A stretch of DNA of 27,227 bases from Archangium sp. (GTDB lineage: Bacteria; Myxococcota; Myxococcia; Myxococcales; Myxococcaceae): contig JANLPS010000246.1 of the NCBI GenBank assembly GCA_031367385.1, forward strand, positions 1-27,227. Reading direction: 5' to 3'. The notes beneath the pieces were generated by a model that ran no database searches, had not been told where the DNA came from, and worked only from the letters and a program-made list of their open reading frames with translations. This document shows, piece by piece, positions 1 through 5,676 of the stretch; positions within the stretch are counted from its first letter, which is position 1; each line of letters opens with the position of its first letter. The position numbers were made by a program, and so were the translations under genes.

Positions 1-1
1 C

Positions 2-1450
2 GCCGGGCCCACGGGCACGGCCTTCGTGGTGCTGCGACGGGCGAATCAAATCGCCAAGGTCGACGTGGCGAGTGGCACGCTGACCCGCTTCGACACCTGC
101 CGCATACCGCGCGGGTTGGTGTACCGGGCGGCGACCTCGACGCTCTTCGTAGGCTGCGCCGACGGCACGATTGAGCAACATGTTGCAGACCTGCGCACTG
201 AATTGCACGGTACGAAGATCTCAGACCTGCGCGACCTGACCGACGAAGGCGACCGGTTGATCGCCACCAGCTTTCGCAGTGCCCAGGTCTTCGCCATCGA
301 CCCGGCGAGCGGCGCCACCAGTGCGCTGCAGTATCAAGGCGTGCCTGAAGACGGCGTACCCCGGGTGGCCTGGCGCACGGTCTCGACGCCGATGGGCACG
401 CTGGTGACCTACCAAACCGAGCGCACCAGTGAGCTGCCACCGCTGACGCAGAGCTGCGGCACCTATGGCAGCCCGACCCCGAGCTTGCCGTCGTTGGTGG
501 TGCCGACCATCGCTTTGGTTGGCAGCACCTCGGTTCGCCCTCTTCAGATGCGACCTCGCGCGGTGCTGCCGGTCGACATCGCGGCCAACGCGTCGGGCGA
601 CTACGTGGTCGCCGCGGCAGGCACGACCTTTCTCGAGCTGTCATGGGGCTTCGACCGTGGTGGAAGCATCGACGCCGGGTTCTCGTCGTTCGTCAACGAG
701 CTCTTTCTGCGGGGTCAGCCGGTCGCGGTGGCGACGCGAGGTGACGAGTTCGTGGTCTTCGAGCGAGAGCCTGCGAGCGTGGCGTTTTTCAAGAAAGGCG
801 AATTCGTCGCCACCGAGGTGGCGTTGCCGGGCACGTCGGTCGAATCGACCGGGCATTCGCTCTTTCACACGGCGACTTCGGCGAACATCGCTTGCGCTTC
901 GTGCCACCCCGAGGCCGGTGACGACGAGCACGTGTGGAAGTTCGCCGAAGGCCCGCGCCGCACGCCGACGCTGCGCGGTGGGCTCAAGGCGACCGCTCCG
1001 TTTCACTGGAATGGCGATGAAGCGACGATGTCGGCGCTGGTGCAAGACGTGATGGTCTCGCGCATGTCAGGCAGCGGGCAGACCGAGGAGCGCACCAACG
1101 CGCTGATGGGGTGGCTCGACGCGCAGAAGGCGATGCCGGCGCCTCCGACGAATGCCCAGAGCGTGGCGCGCGGCGCGGTGCTGTTTGCTTCGAGCCAGAC
1201 GCAGTGCACCAGCTGTCACTCGGGCACGCAGGGCACCAACAACATCACCGTCAACGTGGGTACTGACGGGGCGTTTCAGGTGCCGCGGTTGGTTGAGCTC
1301 GGGTGGCGAACCCAGTGGTTGCACGATGGCCGCGTGGTGGTACCGGCCGACCGGTTCGCCCCGATGGCGGGCGGAGACGCGCACGGCAAGACGTCGAATC
1401 TGTCAGAGGCTGAGAAGGCCGACCTGCTCGAGTACCTGAAGAGCCGTTAA
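2..1450 (+). CDS. Beta-propeller plus di-heme cytochrome c protein (bCcP/MauG-superfamily-like C-terminus), 5'-truncated by the window edge
   Basis: The frame is open from base 2 (AGPTGTAFVVLRR...), so the true start lies upstream. Two CxxCH motifs: CASCH (893-907) and CTSCH (1205-1219). Also RRTPTLRG...APFHWNG, WLHDG and a C-terminal HG..LS..E..DL..YL motif. The N-terminal part is beta-rich and propeller-like. Stop TAA at 1448-1450. Confidence 0.85.
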   Translation, partial: AGPTGTAFVVLRRANQIAKVDVASGTLTRFDTCRIPRGLVYRAATSTLFVGCADGTIEQHVADLRTELHGTKISDLRDLTDEGDRLIATSFRSAQVFAIDPASGATSALQYQGVPEDGVPRVAWRTVSTPMGTLVTYQTERTSELPPLTQSCGTYGSPTPSLPSLVVPTIALVGSTSVRPLQMRPRAVLPVDIAANASGDYVVAAAGTTFLELSWGFDRGGSIDAGFSSFVNELFLRGQPVAVATRGDEFVVFEREPASVAFFKKGEFVATEVALPGTSVESTGHSLFHTATSANIACASCHPEAGDDEHVWKFAEGPRRTPTLRGGLKATAPFHWNGDEATMSALVQDVMVSRMSGSGQTEERTNALMGWLDAQKAMPAPPTNAQSVARGAVLFASSQTQCTSCHSGTQGTNNITVNVGTDGAFQVPRLVELGWRTQWLHDGRVVVPADRFAPMAGGDAHGKTSNLSEAEKADLLEYLKSR

Positions 1451-1830
1451 CGCTTGAGGTACTTGCGCTTCAGACCGGCGACGCGCTCGAAGTCGCCGTC
1501 TGCATAGACGAGCGTCGCGCTGAGCGAGAGCGCGGTGGCCGCTATCCACGTGTCGTTCTCGCCGAGCCTTTGGCCAATGCGGGCGAGGGCTCGGTCGAGT
1601 GTGCCCGCTTGGTACGCGATGGCTTCGGTGACTGGGATCTTGCGAATTCGATGAAGAAGAATGCGAACCCGCGTTTCATCGGCCCCGACAGCGAGCTCGC
1701 CGACGGTGACGACCGAGCACGCCAAGCCGTCGCTTTTGCTACGGCCCAGCATCGCTCGCACGGGCCCAACGATGTTCGCGGCCAGCTCCAACTCGAGGTC
1801 GATCAACACGCTGGTATCAAGGAGCAACAC
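1447..1830 (-). CDS. vapC: Type II TA toxin, VapC / PIN-domain ribonuclease (127 aa)
   Basis: Start reassigned to GTG at 1830 (GGAG about 9 nt upstream; overlaps the antitoxin end). PIN acidic residues are present: LLLDTS, TVGEL, GENDTWIAATAL, ADGDF. Confidence 0.92.
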   Translation of the reverse strand: MLLLDTSVLIDLELELAANIVGPVRAMLGRSKSDGLACSVVTVGELAVGADETRVRILLHRIRKIPVTEAIAYQAGTLDRALARIGQRLGENDTWIAATALSLSATLVYADGDFERVAGLKRKYLKR

Positions 1831-2071
1831 GGCGACGCGCTCCAGAGCTTCGCGGCGTTCTTTGGTCTTGGCGCAGTCGTTCTCGCTCGAAAGGCGTGAA
1901 GAGCGAGTGCCCTTTGAGCGGCTCGAGCGATTGGAGCCATTCACCCACCGACCTGGCCGGCTGGTTATCGAGCAAGCGTTGCAGCGTGTCGCTGAAGCTT
2001 TCGCCGGGAGACTTCGCGGCCCGTAACTTCTTGGCGACCTCAACGCGAATAGACAATGTCGTAAAGCTCAT
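1817..2071 (-). CDS. vapB: Type II TA antitoxin, VapB family (84 aa; resembles the largely archaeal VAPB_antitox/DUF217 type)
   Basis: ATG at 2071. MSFTTLSIRVEVAKKLRAAKSPGESFSDTLQRLL fits the T.SI...Y..L...K..GESFSD.I.RL ribbon-helix-helix pattern. Lies directly upstream of and overlapping the PIN gene. Confidence 0.82.
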   Translation of the reverse strand: MSFTTLSIRVEVAKKLRAAKSPGESFSDTLQRLLDNQPARSVGEWLQSLEPLKGHSLFTPFERERLRQDQRTPRSSGARRRVAP

Positions 2072-2090
2072 GCATGAATAATGTATTATT
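2068..2090 (-). promoter_or_regulatory. Candidate vapBC promoter/operator with two adjacent palindromes
   Basis: TCATGCATGA (2068-2077, covers the ATG) and AATAAT-GT-ATTATT (2077-2090) form an AT-rich island. A TACATT -10-like hexamer sits 8 nt before the ATG on the minus strand. No Shine-Dalgarno is visible. Confidence 0.65.
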
Positions 2091-2194
2091 TTGGCCGGTC
2101 TTGCCATACGCGACCTCTTGCTGCTTGCGGCAACCCGCACCAGAGAGCTGATGTACCAAGACCGCCTCTCCACGCGCAGCCGCGACCGATGGGC

Positions 2195-2261
2195 GCCCAA
2201 CCAGTCATTGAGACGTGCAGACTCAGCAACGAGCCTCTGCGGCTCAGCTTTCGAGGTGCCA
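2195..2261 (+). mobile_element. Degenerate integron attC-like site (possible relic cassette end)
   Basis: GCCCAAC (RYYYAAC), 5-nt spacer, then an imperfect inverted repeat TTGAG..GCAGA-CTC / GAG..TCTGC..CTCAG, a 7-nt spacer and GGTGCCA where GTTRRRY is expected. Length 67 bp. No integrase in the window. Confidence 0.35.
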
Positions 2262-2289
2262 ACACCCTGGAAGGAGGCGCTGTACTCGT

Positions 2290-2305
2290 CGGCACGCGCG
2301 CTGCT
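2290..2305 (+). promoter_or_regulatory. Putative sigma54 (-24/-12) promoter of the PilZ gene
   Basis: CGGCACGCGCGCTGCT = GG-N10-GC with the GGCACG core. Predicted +1 near 2316, just before ATG 2318. Confidence 0.55.
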
Positions 2306-2317
2306 CTGCAGGCAGGC

Positions 2318-2857
2318 ATGCCCAAGACACTGATTCAGCGCTCACAGCCACGCCGTTCACAACGGCTTCGAATCGACACACCCCAGGCCACCTTTTTCAC
2401 CGTTGACGTCAGTGCGGGCGGGGTGAGCTTCGAGAGCCTGAACGCACCCGCGCGCGGCCGGTGCGTCGCGGGCACCATTCACGTTGGCAAGATTGACTAT
2501 GGTTTTGAAGGCGTGGTGGCCTGGGTGCGCGCGGGTGACGTTCGAGTCAATCAACGCGGGCGTTGCGGCATTCGCTTCACGTCGACGGAGGCGGGTTTTT
2601 CGGAGGCGCTCGTCGCCAGTCGCAGTGCTTCGAACCCCGTGGTGACTCCCCCGCTGCGGGCTGCCCCGGTGACCGCGATGCCAGTGGCGTTGGTGCAGGC
2701 CTCGCAGGGCCCGACCGTCGTACTGCAAGGTGAAGTGTGGGTTGTCACCGCTCGCGCTCAGTCGGGCCGGCAACAAGAATTTCGGTGTGCGGGCGAGGCT
2801 CAGGCACGCAAACTGGCCACGGCCTTGACGAGCGCAGACGTTGCGACGGGCCTTTAG
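2318..2857 (+). CDS. PilZ-domain protein (c-di-GMP receptor) with a small C-terminal extra module (179 aa)
   Basis: Start reassigned to ATG 2318. RSQPR (RxxxR) and DVSAGG (DxSxxG) motifs, GVVAWV and GIRF strands. A Pro/Ala linker precedes a ~40 aa beta-beta-beta-alpha-like tail. Confidence 0.85.
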   Translation: MPKTLIQRSQPRRSQRLRIDTPQATFFTVDVSAGGVSFESLNAPARGRCVAGTIHVGKIDYGFEGVVAWVRAGDVRVNQRGRCGIRFTSTEAGFSEALVASRSASNPVVTPPLRAAPVTAMPVALVQASQGPTVVLQGEVWVVTARAQSGRQQEFRCAGEAQARKLATALTSADVATGL

Positions 2858-5124
2858 AGCGACATCACGTAGGCCAAGAGATCGTTTCGTTCTTGTTCGG
2901 TGAGCACATCAGCGCGCCCGTGTTTCGGTGCCCACTTTTCGACCGCTACCCGGAGTGGAAAGCGTGAGGCCACCACGACTCGCTGGTCTTCAGTGACCTC
3001 GAGCCCCGCCAGGCCGGTGGTCAGCATTGGGAAAACATCCCACGCGCCGGCGAGTGCGGGAGTGCCGAAGCCCTCGAAGATGGGGTTCTGAAATTTTTCA
3101 CCCAGCGGCATCAGGTGCGGCGTGCCGACATCGAGAAATTTGCCGCGGGTTGCGGGGTCTTGATCAATCGTGAAGTGCGGGCCGACGTGGCACTCGGCGC
3201 ACGCGGCTTTGCCTTCAAACAACGCCAGGCCTGCGCGGGGGTGACCGATTGCACCGTCTGGCAAGGTCAGCGTCTCGACTGGGGCTCCATCGGCGCCGAC
3301 GAACGGGTTCGGCAGCGTGGCAATGGTCGAGCCGAACAGCGTCATCTGCTCGATCTCTTGCGGCGTGGGGTTGGGGTTGTGAAAGCGGTTGCGGCTGCCG
3401 ACCACCTTCATCGTCTCACCCATGCTGCGGGTCGACGCGGGCGTGAAGAACGGAGGCGTCTCGCGCGAGCCCCGCACCGTCGGCGAGCGGTAGATGCGCA
3501 GCGGCATGGTCTTCTCGAACAGCACGCCCGCGGTGTGGCCCTCGAGGTGACACGCATCGCAGCTCATCGCGGTGCGGCCCAGGTCGGCGAAGAAGAGCAC
3601 CTCGCCCAAACGGCGCGACTTCTGGGCCAGGGTCTCGATGACCTTGAACTGAAAGATGAACGCCGCTTTGCCCGCGGGCGCCTGGGCGACATCGAGCTTG
3701 GCGATGGCTCCGGTGAAGCGGTTCACCACCCACAGGGTCTTGCCGTCAGCCGAGAGCGCCATCGACTTGGGCCCCGAGTGCAGCGACAGCCCCGCCCTGC
3801 CTTTGACCCCGAAGTCACCGTCATCACGCACGTGGGGAAACCCCTCGGGTGGCGGGAGCGCGATCTCTTGCAACAGCGCCTTCTGGGCCGTCGCGTCGGA
3901 GCCCGCGAGCTTGCGCACGTCGAGCACCCGAATCAGCCCGAGTGACACGTCGCTGGCGTAGAGCAGGCCGCGCGAATCATCGAGGGCCAGCGCTTCGGTC
4001 ACGCCCGCACCGAAGCCGAGGTGCCTCAGCCAGCCTTTGCCCAGGTCGACGGCACCGACGCCGCCGTTCATGCTGACCTCCATCTTCTCGGGGTTGGGGC
4101 CGATGTTGGGGCCGATGCTCGAGACGAACAGCCGCTGCAGCTTCTCGCTGAAGGCCAACTCTCGCGGGGCGCTGCCGTTCATCACGTACTTCGAAAATTT
4201 CGCGGTGTGGCCGCCGATGATCGGCGTGCCCGGCACCGGCTCGAGCCCACGCAGCACCTTGCCGGTGAGCACGTCGAGCACCTGGAGCTCTCCGGTTTGA
4301 AGCGAACCGACCACCAGGCCCTTCGAGGTCAGACAGAGCGCGCGCGGGTTGGCTGCAACAGCCGTGCGCCAGAGCTCTTTGCCGTCGGTCAACGACTTCG
4401 CGAGCACCGTGTCTCGGGCCTGCTCGGCGATGAAGACGACGTTTTGCTTGGCATCGACCGCGAGCCCGCTGGCATTCGCGGGTGCGATGAACGTCTTGCC
4501 TTGACCGCCATTGACCGGCAGCAACCGCAGCTCGGGCGCGAATTGGTGTGCGACCAAGACCCACTCTTGCTTACCCGGGTCGCGCCAGATGGCGAGGGCA
4601 GACGGGCCATCACCGACCGCGATGACAGTCACGGCCTGGTGGAGCAGATCGACGTCGTAGACGCGGTCTTCGGTGCCCGAGAGCACGAAGAGGTGGGCGC
4701 CGTCGTTTGAAGCCACGGCCGCGGTCAGCTCGGGGAAGGTGGTGTCGCCGACGATTCGCAGCTCGGCGGTGCCGGTGCCCCCGAGCAAAGACGCGGAGAT
4801 GAGCGTCTCAGAGGCATTGCCGACGGCGAGCCCGGCGGGCAACCGGGCGTAGGCGTGGTGCGCGTCGAGCACGGTGAGTGGCACGTCGAGGTTCAGTGGG
4901 GCGCCCAGCTTGAGTGAGAGCCCGGGCACGAGGCGTTCACCGAGCACGCTGATCGGCTGCGAGGTCTGATTCGAGAGCAGCCGTGGCCCTGCCGAGACCA
5001 GATGCGGCCGGGCGGGCCCCGCGTCGGGAACAGTGGCGGGAAGGGTGTTGTCGGCCCCACGGCAACTGCAGATGGCCCAAATGGCCGTGAAAATGACGAG
5101 GGTTCGATGTCGTGGTTCAGTCAC
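2854..5124 (-). CDS. mtsA: MtsA-like lipoprotein: Ig-like segment, YVTN-type beta-propeller and di-heme c domain (756 aa)
   Basis: Start reassigned to GTG 5124 (GGGAG 5 nt upstream), giving a signal peptide ending AICSC (lipobox-like). Propeller repeats such as VGDGPSALA, ANPRAL, SGPKSMALSADG. CDACH (3547-3561) and CAECH (3187-3201). The name comes from recalled similarity to myxobacterial MtsA (GPRLLSNQTSQP...VLDAHHAYARLP) and needs BLAST confirmation. Confidence 0.75.
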   Translation of the reverse strand: MTEPRHRTLVIFTAIWAICSCRGADNTLPATVPDAGPARPHLVSAGPRLLSNQTSQPISVLGERLVPGLSLKLGAPLNLDVPLTVLDAHHAYARLPAGLAVGNASETLISASLLGGTGTAELRIVGDTTFPELTAAVASNDGAHLFVLSGTEDRVYDVDLLHQAVTVIAVGDGPSALAIWRDPGKQEWVLVAHQFAPELRLLPVNGGQGKTFIAPANASGLAVDAKQNVVFIAEQARDTVLAKSLTDGKELWRTAVAANPRALCLTSKGLVVGSLQTGELQVLDVLTGKVLRGLEPVPGTPIIGGHTAKFSKYVMNGSAPRELAFSEKLQRLFVSSIGPNIGPNPEKMEVSMNGGVGAVDLGKGWLRHLGFGAGVTEALALDDSRGLLYASDVSLGLIRVLDVRKLAGSDATAQKALLQEIALPPPEGFPHVRDDGDFGVKGRAGLSLHSGPKSMALSADGKTLWVVNRFTGAIAKLDVAQAPAGKAAFIFQFKVIETLAQKSRRLGEVLFFADLGRTAMSCDACHLEGHTAGVLFEKTMPLRIYRSPTVRGSRETPPFFTPASTRSMGETMKVVGSRNRFHNPNPTPQEIEQMTLFGSTIATLPNPFVGADGAPVETLTLPDGAIGHPRAGLALFEGKAACAECHVGPHFTIDQDPATRGKFLDVGTPHLMPLGEKFQNPIFEGFGTPALAGAWDVFPMLTTGLAGLEVTEDQRVVVASRFPLRVAVEKWAPKHGRADVLTEQERNDLLAYVMSL

Positions 5125-5178
5125 TTCAGCTCCCACATGGGTGAACACTCCGCACCAGATCGTAGGGTCAGCACCTCG

Positions 5179-5192
5179 GCCGACATGTCGGC
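5179..5192. promoter_or_regulatory. Perfect 14-bp palindrome in the divergent intergenic region (candidate regulator site)
   Basis: GCCGACATGTCGGC, extendable by CTC/GAG with one bulge, between the mtsA-like start (5124) and the operon promoter (5230). Confidence 0.45.
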
Positions 5193-5229
5193 GAGAACCC
5201 ACACACCTGGCGTGTATACCTTGACGGTT

Positions 5230-5245
5230 CGGCACGGCGTTCGCT
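5230..5245 (+). promoter_or_regulatory. Putative sigma54 promoter of the Glt-like operon
   Basis: CGGCACGGCGTTCGCT = GG-N10-GC with the GGCACG core. Predicted +1 near 5256, with ATG at 5263. Confidence 0.55.
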
Positions 5246-5262
5246 TAAGTCTCGTCATTCCC

Positions 5263-5607
5263 ATGCGCCCGATTCTGTTCGCGTTTTCAATGCTCGCCGT
5301 GTTGGTTGCCACTCCGGCGCACGCAGTGCCCAAGAAGAAGGCCCCTGCGGCTGCTGTGCCTGCGGCGAAGAAGTCGGTGCCCACGAGCGCTCCGGCGCCC
5401 GATGCGGCCCAGGCCGGAGGCGATTCAGGCGGCGCGCAGGTTCGCGGCCCGACCCGCATCGACTTCGATGATCGCCTGATTCAGGGCCAGTCGAACAAAT
5501 CAGGCGCGGTCTATTTGTATGACCGCAAAGAATTGAAGGTTCGTTCGATGATCAAGAAGCGCGAAAATTTTCGCGATGAGATCGTCGGGTCACTCTACGA
5601 CAGCTGA
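5263..5607 (+). CDS. GltF/CglF-like small exported protein (114 aa)
   Basis: Start reassigned to ATG 5263. Signal peptide ending AHA, then an Ala/Pro linker. C-terminus TRIDFDDRLIQGQSNKSGAVYLYDRK...SMIKKRENFRDEI parallels the CglF IDF.DD.I.G...P...Y...RK...LI..RE.F pattern. Confidence 0.8.
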   Translation: MRPILFAFSMLAVLVATPAHAVPKKKAPAAAVPAAKKSVPTSAPAPDAAQAGGDSGGAQVRGPTRIDFDDRLIQGQSNKSGAVYLYDRKELKVRSMIKKRENFRDEIVGSLYDS

Positions 5608-5676
5608 TGTTGCTGTGAGGCCGCTGATGCTCTCGTCATCTTTCTCGTCTTTCAGTGTGTTCCGAAGGAGCAACTC

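Noticed and set aside
1831..2043. N-terminal extension of the 198-aa PIN ORF
   Set aside because: It overlaps the antitoxin in another frame. The PIN fold begins at GTG 1830, which has an RBS.
2081..2317. N-terminal extension of the PilZ ORF and the 80-aa ORF 2091-2333
   Set aside because: They run through the TA operator, the attC-like hairpin and a sigma54-like promoter. A gene remnant at about 2100-2200 cannot be excluded but is not supportable.
5002..5262. Overlapping upstream extensions of the mtsA-like and gltF-like ORFs
   Set aside because: Signal peptides start at 5124 (minus) and 5263 (plus), leaving a normal divergent intergenic region.
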